Origin: an uncultured Poribacteria bacterium
Lineage (GTDB): Bacteria > Poribacteria > WGA-4E > WGA-3G
Direction of reading: 5' to 3'
Assembly (NCBI GenBank): GCA_958296135.2
Contig: CATQHZ020000001.1
Span: 3,072,001 to 3,136,000, forward strand
Length of the DNA stretch: 64,000 nucleotides
In this document: positions 38,942 through 50,431 of the stretch, in pieces
Numbering within the stretch: position 1 is the first letter of the stretch
How the letters are laid out: every line of letters begins with the position of its first letter
Translations under genes and position numbers: made by a program
The notes under the pieces: model-generated
The model's input: the letters and a program-made list of their open reading frames with translations, nothing else
The model's database searches: none
What the model was told of the DNA's origin: nothing

Positions 38942-39118
38942 ACCCGTTGTCCGTGTTGGACCTGGCGCGATACATGCATCGCGCCTTAGGGGTTTTTGTT
39001 GTTCCTAGCGGTTGTTTAGTTGCGTCTGGGCGGCGGAGACAGCCTGAGCAGGCCGTCTTCACGTTGTGAAGACTTGCGGCTGCCCGGCAGCATCACAACC
39101 GAAAGAGTGGAGGGCTGA

Positions 39119-40552
39119 ATGACACAAATTGACGAAAAACAGATTGAAGAACTTGTTTCCCAGATCTTAACCACACTGCAGCAGAACGGTGCTGTTTCAC
39201 CGGCCGCTCCGGTTAGTGTGAACAGGGTGAGCGCGTCAACACGTGCCGGCGTTTTCGCCACGGTGGATGAGGCTGTCGCTGCGGCGAAAGTAGCGCAGGC
39301 ATCCTTCGTCGCGCTCGGGTTTGCCAAACGCGGCGCGCTTATTGATGCCATTAAGCATGCCTCGCTAGAGAACGCGAAGCGGCTTGCCGAATTCGCGGCG
39401 GAAGAGACGCAAATGGGCAATCCGGTACACAAGGTGATGAAAAATGAGGGGGCAGTTCACCTGTCCCCGGGTGTTGAGGATTTGCAGTCGGAGGCAATGA
39501 CAGGCGATGCTGGCACGCTCCTGGTTGAGTATGTCCCGTTCGGAGTCATCAATTCGATTACGCCCACAACGAATCCGACTTCAACGGTGATTAACCATGC
39601 GATTATCATGCTCTCGGCGGGCAATGCAGTCGTGTTCAGTCCGCATCCGAATGCGCGTGAATGCACCGAGGAGACGATGCACGTCATCAACGAAGCGATT
39701 GTGCAGGCAGGGGGGCCCGCGAATCTCCTGACTTCCGTTGCTAATGCGAGTCTCCGCACGGCGAAACAGCTTATGGAGCATCCTGACATCGCGATGCTGG
39801 TGGCCACCGGGGGCGGGAGCGTCGTCAAGGCGGCACTCTCTAGTGGAAAGAAGGCCGTCGCTGCCGGGCCGGGTAACCCGCCCGCGGTTATTGACGAAAC
39901 CGCTGACATTTCTCAAGCGGCGAAGCATGTCATCGCCGGCACCAGTTTTGATAACAACCTGCTCTGCATCGGCGAGAAAGCACTCTTTGTCGTGGAATCT
40001 GTCGCTAATGAGACGGTTCGCGAGCTGACCCGGGGCGGCGGATATCTCCTGGGCGCGAGTCAACGCGAGGCCCTGGAGGCGGTTGTCACCCAAAATGGGG
40101 AATCCAACAAGGACTACATCGGCAAGGACGCAAAGCACATTCTCGCCGCAGCAGGCATTACAGCCCCTGCTGACACGGCTGCGATTGTTGTTGAAGTCCC
40201 GGCAGACCACGGATTCGTGCTTAACGAATACCTGATGCCGATTCTGCCGGTAGTGCGGTGCCGTGATTTTGATGAGGCTGTCAAGGGTGCAGTCGCCGCA
40301 GAGGGAGGACGACGGCACACTGCCGTGCTTCACACCCATAACACCGCGCGCATCACCCGGTTTACGAAGGCGACAGACTGCAACGTTGTTGTGATTAACG
40401 CGCCCTCTTATGCCTGCTGCGGGTTAGAAGGCGAAGGCTATTTGGCAATGACTATCGCCGGTCCGACAGGCGAAGGGTTTACGCGGCCTCGCACGTTTAC
40501 GCGTCAGCGGCGGTTAACTCTCGCAAACGATTTGTCGGTGCATACTTTATAG
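39119..40552 (+). CDS. BMC acylating aldehyde dehydrogenase (EutE/PduP-like) with encapsulation peptide
   Basis: N-terminal IEELVSQILTTL amphipathic helix; PTTNPT, AGPGNPP, FDNNLLCIGEK, GPTGEG. Confidence 0.9.
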   Translation: MTQIDEKQIEELVSQILTTLQQNGAVSPAAPVSVNRVSASTRAGVFATVDEAVAAAKVAQASFVALGFAKRGALIDAIKHASLENAKRLAEFAAEETQMGNPVHKVMKNEGAVHLSPGVEDLQSEAMTGDAGTLLVEYVPFGVINSITPTTNPTSTVINHAIIMLSAGNAVVFSPHPNARECTEETMHVINEAIVQAGGPANLLTSVANASLRTAKQLMEHPDIAMLVATGGGSVVKAALSSGKKAVAAGPGNPPAVIDETADISQAAKHVIAGTSFDNNLLCIGEKALFVVESVANETVRELTRGGGYLLGASQREALEAVVTQNGESNKDYIGKDAKHILAAAGITAPADTAAIVVEVPADHGFVLNEYLMPILPVVRCRDFDEAVKGAVAAEGGRRHTAVLHTHNTARITRFTKATDCNVVVINAPSYACCGLEGEGYLAMTIAGPTGEGFTRPRTFTRQRRLTLANDLSVHTL

Positions 40553-40683
40553 AGACTGTAAGGGCGGATGTCCATATCCGCCCTTTTTCTAGCTGACATT
40601 AAACGCGCTATCCCAGGGTTTACGCACATGCCAATTCGGTAGGCGCGGTTTGAAACCGTGCCTACGGGGTTCAGGCTGCGTAG

Positions 40684-42780
<2,097 letters not shown>

Positions 42781-42863
42781 CGATTGTTGCCGGTCGGAGA
42801 GACCACTTTTTTGTAAGGGCGGCTGTCTCTATCCGCCCACCCTGCCGATGTGAGGGAAACCTA

Positions 42864-43193
42864 ATGACGTTAACCAAAGAGCAAATCACAACTATTCTCG
42901 TTGAAGAATTCCCGTATCTTCTGTCGGAATACGGCGTGAGTAAAATCGGTCTGTTCGGTTCCTACGCCAAAGGCACCTCAACTGCGTTAAGCGATGTCGA
43001 TATTATCGTCGCATTTGAACGGCCTATCGGCTTTAAGTTCATGGAACTTGCCGACTATCTTGAAGAACGATTAGGGAAGCCGGCCGATGTCCTCACTGAA
43101 GGCGGATTGACAAGGATTCGGATTCCAGAAGTCGCCACGTCTCTTAAGGAAGGTATTGTCTATATTCAAACCAGAGTCCATTGTGTTTTCTAG
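42864..43193 (+). CDS. Minimal nucleotidyltransferase (MNT) antitoxin-like protein
   Basis: LFGSYAKG...SDVDI. Confidence 0.85.
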   Translation: MTLTKEQITTILVEEFPYLLSEYGVSKIGLFGSYAKGTSTALSDVDIIVAFERPIGFKFMELADYLEERLGKPADVLTEGGLTRIRIPEVATSLKEGIVYIQTRVHCVF

Positions 43194-43235
43194 TCGGAGG
43201 ACTCGCTATAATTGCAAGGAGGTTCATGAATAAAG

Positions 43236-43691
43236 ATGAAAATTGACAGAACTGTTTTACGGGCAGCACTCGCCATAATTGAAAAGGATGCATTAATAGA
43301 ACCTACTTCTATTTATGGTGTGCAAAACATGATGAAGTGTTTTTGTGGCGAAACTGTTCTTATTATGCGGGTGATACCCGAGTCGCCGTGGAACCTAAAC
43401 CAACTTATGGAAGGTATATGTCTTGAGGGCTTAGAAGAAGAAGTAGAGTTGATAGTTTGCGACATAGAGGAGGTTACAACCATCTCCGAAGAAGGCGTGT
43501 CGCAAATTGGATATGTCCTGCACAGCAATCGGTGTGCCCGGGCAGACGAATATCTGCAAGATCTTCTTCAGGCTCCTACCGTTGAGAAAAAGAGTACAGG
43601 CGAAGTGTTCCGGGCAGTGAAAGCGGGAGACACGGTTATAGGTTGGGTAAACGTGAAAACGGGGGAAATCATAGATGAAAGTCCTTTTTGA
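43236..43691 (+). CDS. Hypothetical protein
   Basis: 151 aa ORF, lower GC, AGGAGG upstream. Confidence 0.6.
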   Translation: MKIDRTVLRAALAIIEKDALIEPTSIYGVQNMMKCFCGETVLIMRVIPESPWNLNQLMEGICLEGLEEEVELIVCDIEEVTTISEEGVSQIGYVLHSNRCARADEYLQDLLQAPTVEKKSTGEVFRAVKAGDTVIGWVNVKTGEIIDESPF

Positions 43692-43738
43692 AATCTGGTG
43701 AGTGTTACGAGGAGTAGCACTCATCGCAATTGATGGCC

Positions 43739-44884
43739 CTACCAATCCGCAACACTTCCATCCGTATCGTAATAAAACTCGCCGCCGAGTTCTTCGGGAT
43801 ACGTATCCAGATTCTGTTCAGCCTCCTTCTCGTCAATCTCAAAGCCGAGGCCCGGTTTAGTAGGCAACTCAATATGTCCATCCCTCACCTGCCACTCTTC
43901 CTTGAGCAGGCCGGCACCCAAGCCGTTATCGATCTGCTCTTGGATGAGGAAATTCGGGACAACGGCATCGACGTGCAGCGAAGCGGAAAAGGCGACGGGC
44001 CCGATGGCACAGTGCGGCGCAATGTGCATGTAGTAAACCTCCGCCATATTGGCAATCTTTTTGAGTTCGGTGATACCGCCGGTGTGCGAGGTATCCGGCT
44101 GTAGATAAGCCACAGCTTGCTTCTCAAAAATCTCGCGGAATTCCCATCGGGTGAGCAGCCGTTCGCCTGTTGCAATGGGGAACGGCACCTGCTCAGAAAC
44201 TTGTTTGAGTGCGTCCACATTCTCTTGTGGAATGGGTTCCTCGACAAACATTGGGCGCATGCCTTTCAACTCGTGGCAGATTTCAATGGCGAGGGCCGGT
44301 GTCATTTTTCCATGAAAATCGAAGGCGAGTTCGACATCGGGGCCTACCCACTCGCGCATGAGATAGGCACGCTCTACAAACGCATCGATGACCGCGGGCG
44401 GTTCATGCGCTCGCCATTTACCGCCGGGACCGCTCTTAAACGCCTTGTAGCCGCCTTTTTTCTGCAAGAATTCTAGGCGTTCCTTCGCAGCGGCTTTTCC
44501 CTCGTCAGTTAAACTACCGATGCCCCAGTGCGCGTAGACGCGAATTCTGTCACGGACGGGGCCGCCTAGCAGCTGGTACGTCGGCACATCGTAGTGTTTG
44601 CCAGCGATGTCCCAGAGAGCCTGGTCGATGCCGGACAACGCCGACATCAGGATGTTGCCGCCCCTGAAAAAGGCGGAACGGTAGACGTGCTGCCAGTGGT
44701 GCTCAATGCGCAGCGGGTCCTTGCCGATAAAATAGTCGGCGAGTTCATCTACGGCGGCGCAAGTGCTTTTGGGTTTGCCTTCAAGCGTCGTCTCTCCCCA
44801 GCCGACAATGCCGGTGTCTATCGTGATTTTGACGAGGCGCGTCCGGGGACGCGGAAAAAATTGTTCAATAGTTGCGATTTTCAT
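43739..44884 (-). CDS. dgoD: Galactonate dehydratase
   Basis: MKIATIE..PR, GWGE, FFRGG, DFHGK, FVEEP, ATGERL, DGSVADW C-terminus. Confidence 0.85.
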   Translation of the reverse strand: MKIATIEQFFPRPRTRLVKITIDTGIVGWGETTLEGKPKSTCAAVDELADYFIGKDPLRIEHHWQHVYRSAFFRGGNILMSALSGIDQALWDIAGKHYDVPTYQLLGGPVRDRIRVYAHWGIGSLTDEGKAAAKERLEFLQKKGGYKAFKSGPGGKWRAHEPPAVIDAFVERAYLMREWVGPDVELAFDFHGKMTPALAIEICHELKGMRPMFVEEPIPQENVDALKQVSEQVPFPIATGERLLTRWEFREIFEKQAVAYLQPDTSHTGGITELKKIANMAEVYYMHIAPHCAIGPVAFSASLHVDAVVPNFLIQEQIDNGLGAGLLKEEWQVRDGHIELPTKPGLGFEIDEKEAEQNLDTYPEELGGEFYYDTDGSVADW

Positions 44885-45169
44885 TTTGTCTTTTTTTCTC
44901 CGTAGGCGCGCTGTATACCAAATGACGTTGATTCGTCTTGTTCTGTAAGTCAAGCTCGCCCGATAATGTCCGTTACGCCGAGACTTTGCGATCGATTCAG
45001 GTTTTCCTGAATTGATGTGCACTGTTCGGGTTTCCTGCGAAGCGGGCAAGCCCGAGCTACAGAAATGGGATAACTAAATGTCTCTGCGTTGTTTACCCCA
45101 AAATTGACTCTCACGGAAGAATGTGATAAAATAGATTAAAGCATACGATAAAGAGACAAGGAGAGAGAC

Positions 45170-46771
45170 ATGAGATATTTCCAAACCGAGGGCATCGTAT
45201 ACCCGGAGGAGAACTACATCGTTGCGCGGCCTAAGGAAGTTGCTGATTTCATCAAGCGGGTGAAAAGAGGGAAATACATCGTCCTTTTCGCGCCACGCCA
45301 AACAGGGAAGACTACGTTCATCCGCGATGCGTTAGAGAGGCTCGCTGTGGCGGAGCGCACTTACTTCCCAATTCAGCTGAATTTTGAGGCATATAAAAAC
45401 CTCGCCGTTTCCGATTTTTACGAGTGGCTGTCTGAAGATATTCGCGAAGAAATCGAGGCTGTTTTTCGACAGCGGGGGAGCACGCCTTCTGAGGCTCTGC
45501 GCCAATTCTTGACAGCGACAACATTAACAGCACCTCATTCAATGAGGCGGTTCTTTAGCAGGCTTGCAACCTTCCTAGGAAACCAGCGGGTTGTCCTCGT
45601 CATCGACGAGTTTGATGGCATTCCCCGAGAGACAGTGAGCGATTTTCTGCACACGCTCCGCCGGATTTATCTCTCGGATAGGCATCGGTGCCCTTACAGC
45701 GTCGGCATCGTCGGCGTGAAGAATATCTCACAACTGAACTACGACTGGTCCATCTCGCCGTTTAATATTCAAAACGAGTTCAACTTGCCCAACTTCACCC
45801 GTGAACAAGTGCAGGAACTGCTTGGGCAGTATACCATTGAAGTGGGGCAGGCGTTCGCGCCGGCAGTGATTGAAAGTCTCCACAGACAGACAGGTGGGCA
45901 GCCGGTTCTTGTCAACTGTCTCGCGCAAATACTCACCGAGGAAATGGGTATCCCGCGGACCGAACCGATTGGCATGGCACACTTTGCGTCCGCCTATTCG
46001 CGACTCCTTGACGCAGACAACGTCAACATGACGCACCTGACTACCAATGTCCGCAGAAACCCGAGGTTTCAACGCGTTCTGATGCAAATCACGTCGTCCG
46101 ATAGAGGTGTGGATTTCAATCTACGTGATGATGTCATCAGCGAGCTCGCTAGTTACGGTGTCATCAAGAGAGGTGCAGACAGGATGTGCGAGATCTCGAA
46201 CCCGATGTATCTCCACAGCATCTTGCAAACCTTCAAGCCGACGATTAACGGGTTGGAGGAAGAATACTACCCCCAAGACACCGGCAACGACGTTCAGGAT
46301 TACCTTACTTCTGCCGGCCAGATTGATATGGAAAAACTGCTTAATAACTTTCGGGACTTCATCGCCCGAGCCGGCTTCCGCATCCTACAGGTGCCACAGA
46401 CACCGAAGGAACATGTCGGACAGCACCTGCTTCTCGCCTATCTGGACCGGTTTGTGCGGCTGGTGCATGGGGTGATGCACCTTGAAGTGCAGCCCGGGCG
46501 CGGCCGGATAGTTCTGGTGGTGAACCACCGTGGGCGAAAGCATATCGTTGAAACGAAGATTTGGCAAGGACAGAAATCCTATCAGGCCGGCAAGGCGCAA
46601 CTCGCCGCTTACCTTAAATTAGAGGGAGTCGCGGAAGGAGATTATGTTGTGTTCGACTATCGCAAGCATCCAGAACCGCGGGTTGAGACAGAAACGCTAG
46701 CAGGCGATTTGACGATTCGGAGTTACGTCATTCCCGTGGTGCAAGAAATGCCTTCAGATGCTCGGGGCTAG
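45170..46771 (+). CDS. AAA-like ATPase with C-terminal PD-(D/E)xK-like domain
   Basis: APRQTGKTT, VIDEFD, SPFNI; C-terminal GRI.L...IVETK..QLAAYL. Confidence 0.8.
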   Translation: MRYFQTEGIVYPEENYIVARPKEVADFIKRVKRGKYIVLFAPRQTGKTTFIRDALERLAVAERTYFPIQLNFEAYKNLAVSDFYEWLSEDIREEIEAVFRQRGSTPSEALRQFLTATTLTAPHSMRRFFSRLATFLGNQRVVLVIDEFDGIPRETVSDFLHTLRRIYLSDRHRCPYSVGIVGVKNISQLNYDWSISPFNIQNEFNLPNFTREQVQELLGQYTIEVGQAFAPAVIESLHRQTGGQPVLVNCLAQILTEEMGIPRTEPIGMAHFASAYSRLLDADNVNMTHLTTNVRRNPRFQRVLMQITSSDRGVDFNLRDDVISELASYGVIKRGADRMCEISNPMYLHSILQTFKPTINGLEEEYYPQDTGNDVQDYLTSAGQIDMEKLLNNFRDFIARAGFRILQVPQTPKEHVGQHLLLAYLDRFVRLVHGVMHLEVQPGRGRIVLVVNHRGRKHIVETKIWQGQKSYQAGKAQLAAYLKLEGVAEGDYVVFDYRKHPEPRVETETLAGDLTIRSYVIPVVQEMPSDARG

Positions 46772-46811
46772 TTTTTCCCTGACGTTCCTCCCCTTGCCCT
46801 TTCGTGGGCCG

Positions 46812-47384
46812 CTACAACTTTTGCAATTCCGCAACAATTTGCGCGGAGTTCAGCCTATTCCCGAACTGCACATCAAGAAAATTCCATCGGATTATTCCGC
46901 TTTCATCGATGAGATAAGTCGCGGGCCGCGCGATTTGCCCATTGCCCGGGTCGAGGACGTTATAAGCAGTAATCGCCTCTTTCGCCTTGTCGGAGAGCAA
47001 CGGATAGGTTATTTGGAGTGTCTCCCGCGTTAACCCAGTCGTCGCTGGGGTATCCGCGCTGATAGCAAGAACTTCGGCACCTTCCGCTTGGATGGCTTCG
47101 TAGCCGGTTTGCAACTCACCGAGCTGCGTTTGACAGAAGCCTCACGTCCCGAAGCGGTAGAACACCAGCACCACCTTTTGGCCGAGATAGTCGGCGAGGG
47201 TGTGGGAATTTCCATCGGCATCGAGTAGCGAGAACGCGGGTGCTTGGATACCGACGTTCAAGCCCTCGCCTGCTGCGAGTTCTTCGACGACTGGGACTTG
47301 CACAAGCGGGTCCGTTTCTTCGCAAGTGAAGCCGGTTAGCGCGATGAACGCGATGACAATATAGAAAACCAAATTGGATTTCAT
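46812..47384 (-). CDS. Exported peroxiredoxin-like (AhpC/TSA) selenoprotein, Sec at UGA 47142-47144
   Basis: ORFs 47142-47384 and 46812-47114 are in frame, joined by VFYRFGT-TGA-GFCQTQLGEL (UxxC); hairpin GCAGCTC-GGT-GAGTTGC follows the UGA. Confidence 0.85.
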
Positions 47385-47526
47385 GTTTTATTTCTCCTTT
47401 CCTGTCGGCGTGACGGTTTGCAACCGCGCACGGGTTATGTTGCGCGCATCCAAAGCGCGCCTACGCGTAAGTCCTGTTGGTATTATTGATGCGGGTGGAT
47501 AGAGACATCCGCCCTTACCGCATGAA

Positions 47527-48381
47527 TTATTCCTCGGCAATCGGGAACAGCTCCGGCTTCTCAGGATTCTCAGTTCCCATCGGGATTGCTTCTGGCGGGA
47601 ACTGCGTGCAGACTTCGCCGTTTTTCATTGCCCATCGGGAGTTGTGCCAGTAGCGTTTGCTCGTGTTGACAATCTCCGGATTTGTCCAGACTCCGGCGAC
47701 AGCGATGCGGCTCTGCGCACTTCGATTGGGGGGACTGTAGTGCCACATATTGCTGTGCCAAAAGACAACCTCCCCGGGGCCCAATTCAATGTGGTGCACG
47801 CCGTGTTTGTTAAGCATCTCCTGCACCTTTTCACGTGGAAGTTCGCCATGGATGCTGTCCGCATAAAGTACATGCTCAACGATTTCCGTTTTGTGGCTGC
47901 CCGGAATAAACTGCATGCATCCGTTCTCCCGCGTTGCCGGTTCAAGGGGCATCCAGAAATTGAAGGGCTCCGTCTCTCCGTCGCGCCAGAGCCCGTTATC
48001 TTGGTGCCACGGTGTCGCACTGCCGGTGCGCGCCGGTTTGAGGAAACAACTATTAAATTTGACGATAATATCGCCGCCGAGGAAATAGCGGGCGATGTTG
48101 AGCAGTGCCGCGCCGGCATGCACATTATGCCAGATCAGCGGCGATTGCACGCAGAAGTTACTCAGCTTCCGATAGCGCGCGATTCTGCCTTGCGGCGAAT
48201 CTTTCATCGGATCCCTCGGGTCGATGTCCACAAATGTGCCGGGCTCCGGGAGCATAATGACATTGCGAATAACCCCGCGGAGTTCTGCCGTGAGTTCGCG
48301 TGAAATCACGTTCCGAAGGATAAAATAGCCTTCAGTTTCGTAGTGTGATTTCTGTTCGGGAGTAGGTTGCCAATGCATCAT
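47527..48381 (-). CDS. Phytanoyl-CoA dioxygenase (PhyH) family protein
   Basis: PWHQD, IPGSHK, WHYSPPN. Confidence 0.88.
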   Translation of the reverse strand: MMHWQPTPEQKSHYETEGYFILRNVISRELTAELRGVIRNVIMLPEPGTFVDIDPRDPMKDSPQGRIARYRKLSNFCVQSPLIWHNVHAGAALLNIARYFLGGDIIVKFNSCFLKPARTGSATPWHQDNGLWRDGETEPFNFWMPLEPATRENGCMQFIPGSHKTEIVEHVLYADSIHGELPREKVQEMLNKHGVHHIELGPGEVVFWHSNMWHYSPPNRSAQSRIAVAGVWTNPEIVNTSKRYWHNSRWAMKNGEVCTQFPPEAIPMGTENPEKPELFPIAEE

Positions 48382-48455
48382 AGTTCACTTTTTTCTGCCG
48401 TAGGGGCGGTTTGCAGTTGCGGATTTTGTGAGCGTTGCACGCGTTCCACGCGCGC

Positions 48456-49205
48456 CTACCGGAGATGCCCTGTTTTGAGATGTCCCCACGCGGTGGTGAG
48501 CATGCCCTTCGGCGAAACGGGTAGGACGGCTTCAACGCCTCCCATCAATTCCGAGATCTCATTCTCCGTTATCGCTTTGTCAAAGAAGACTACTTCGTCT
48601 AACCTGCCGAGGAATTTTTCGCCGCCGAAGGTGCCGAAAAGCAGTTCGCCGGCACCGTCTATATCGCCTTTCTGTGCCTGAGTCGCCTCAAGCGTGCCAT
48701 CGACATAGAGTCGCATTTCTTTGCCATCGTAGAGGCCGACGACGTGATACCACTGCTCAAATTCAAGCACCGTTTTTCCCCACACGCCGCCTGTGAATCC
48801 GCCGCCCGACCAGATGCCAAACACATAGCCGCCCGGCACCCGCTCCGTTGGGGACTGCACCTCCAAGAGATACGCACCGTTCCGCCGTATCGCTGTGTCT
48901 GAAACGCCATCGTTCATGTAGACCCAGGTTGCGATAGTCATCTGGTCTGCAAAAGCGAGGCTATCCGAATGTTCAACGGTGACAACGTGAGGCGGTTCAA
49001 ATTCTAGCGCGCCGCCGAATTTGCCTTCCGCCCATTTCGCGCCGGCGATCGCGCCGTCGTTTCCATTGCCGGAGGTATCCGCGGCAGTTACGCCTTTCTC
49101 CTCGTCAAAAAGCCAGATGCCGACTGCGTCGTCCAGCAAATTCGCCGAAAACGCACCGCTCACGATGCAGAAACACCCGATGAACAGACAAAATATCCAT
49201 TTCAT
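48456..49205 (-). CDS. Secreted LamG-like jellyroll protein with conserved C-terminal tail
   Basis: WLFDE, GKFGGALEF, WYHVVGLYDG, LYVDG; tail VSPKGMLTTAWGHLK. Confidence 0.85.
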   Translation of the reverse strand: MKWIFCLFIGCFCIVSGAFSANLLDDAVGIWLFDEEKGVTAADTSGNGNDGAIAGAKWAEGKFGGALEFEPPHVVTVEHSDSLAFADQMTIATWVYMNDGVSDTAIRRNGAYLLEVQSPTERVPGGYVFGIWSGGGFTGGVWGKTVLEFEQWYHVVGLYDGKEMRLYVDGTLEATQAQKGDIDGAGELLFGTFGGEKFLGRLDEVVFFDKAITENEISELMGGVEAVLPVSPKGMLTTAWGHLKTGHLR

Positions 49206-49379
49206 GATTTGTGTCCTCCTTGGGTAAACATTGTAGCAGAAATCGTAAATGTTGTCAAAAAATGATTTGAATTTTCTACGGAATTGTGCTAAATTGAACA
49301 GCACGGACGTAAACAATCTACACCTTCTTGTAGGCGCGGTTTGAAACCGCGCCTACGGAGCGCGTTACGCTATTGAGAA

Positions 49380-50168
49380 TTGACGATGTTGACGCAAGAG
49401 ATGATTCAAGACGTGCCATCGCAACCCGGTGTCTACTTTTTTCGGGGGGCTTCAGGCAAGCTCCTCTACATTGGCAAGGCGAAATGCCTGCGGAAGCGGG
49501 TGCGCTCGTATTTACACAAAAACAAGAGCCGGCCCTCCAAAATCAAACGGCTTGTGCGGTGGACAACCGACGTACGGTATCAGGTCTGCCGTTCGGAGCA
49601 GGAGGCCCTCTTTCTTGAATCGCGTTTGATTAAAGAGCATCAGCCCTCCTATAACTCCGCCTTGAAATATGGGCGGAAGTCGTGGTATATTCGGATAGAT
49701 ATCGGCGAGGATTTTCCGCTCGTGGAGCAAGTCTGCAAGAAAGAAGAAGTGGATGGCGCGAGGTACTTCGGTCCGTTTTCTAGCCGGCGATGGACAGCAG
49801 AAGCGGTTGAGGTTTTCCACCGCATCTTCCCGATACGGACGTGCGCGGGGGCGATTCATCCGTCCTCGGCGTTCCGGCCGTGCTTCAGTTATCATATCAA
49901 ACGGTGCGACGCGCCGTGCGCGGGCTATATCACGCGCACGGCATATCACGCCATGATAGCCGATGTGGTTGGCTTGTTGGAGGGCAATTATGACGCGGTG
50001 TTCGCATCCCTTGTTGCGAAACGGGATAGTGCCGCCGCTGAACTGCAATTTGAACGGGCGGCTGTCTTTCAAAAACAGATTCAGCGCATCCAAAAAGTAT
50101 TTACGTTTTTAGATGTGCATCGGAGCGGGAGGGCTCGGTGCAGTGGCGAGAACTCTATGAGAATCTAG
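49380..50168 (+). CDS. GIY-YIG nuclease (UvrC N-terminal/Cho-like) with UVR domain; last codons come from the IS left end
   Basis: PGVYFF..LYIGKAK.LRKRVRSY, FGPF, C..PC, LQFERAA. Confidence 0.85.
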   Translation: MTMLTQEMIQDVPSQPGVYFFRGASGKLLYIGKAKCLRKRVRSYLHKNKSRPSKIKRLVRWTTDVRYQVCRSEQEALFLESRLIKEHQPSYNSALKYGRKSWYIRIDIGEDFPLVEQVCKKEEVDGARYFGPFSSRRWTAEAVEVFHRIFPIRTCAGAIHPSSAFRPCFSYHIKRCDAPCAGYITRTAYHAMIADVVGLLEGNYDAVFASLVAKRDSAAAELQFERAAVFQKQIQRIQKVFTFLDVHRSGRARCSGENSMRI

Positions 50169-50189
50169 CAGAACCTACCCGAATCTATC

Positions 50190-50279
50190 TCCGATTTTTG
50201 CGCAGTGTCATTCGCAAAGCCGAATGACACATCTTCGGCATGCTTGGCTTTCGCAAGCATGCCTACGCAAAAATCGGCA
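50190..50279. repeat. 90 bp two-hairpin mini-element inserted in the IS left end
   Basis: Absent from copy 2 at the aligned position (aatctatc|gatgtgca); IR ccgatttttgcg/cgcaaaaatcgg. Confidence 0.8.
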
Positions 50280-50294
50280 GATGTGCATTTTTAT

Positions 50295-50323
50295 TTGCAG
50301 TCGGCTTGGATTTGTGGTAGAAT
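50295..50323 (+). promoter_or_regulatory. Sigma70 promoter of tnpB copy 1
   Basis: TTGCAG-17-TAGAAT with extended TG; conserved in copy 2. Confidence 0.75.
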
Positions 50324-50329
50324 GTAGTT

Positions 50330-50416
50330 GCCGTTGGGAGGTGAGACCTACTAAGCGCGGCATCCCGCCGTGTCTCTCACCTCCACCTTACCTGAGTAGG
50401 AAGGAAAAACAACGGC
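50330..50416 (+). ncRNA. Structured tnpB 5' leader RNA, copy 1
   Basis: Four stems plus a long-range pairing, covarying with copy 2. Confidence 0.7.
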
Positions 50417-50431
50417 GAACGGTGACGCTCT

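Noticed and set aside
50330-50416. HDV-like ribozyme or known riboswitch
   Set aside because: The nesting is reminiscent, but there is no P1.1 GG or catalytic-C junction, and I see no SAM, cobalamin or TPP consensus. Left unassigned.
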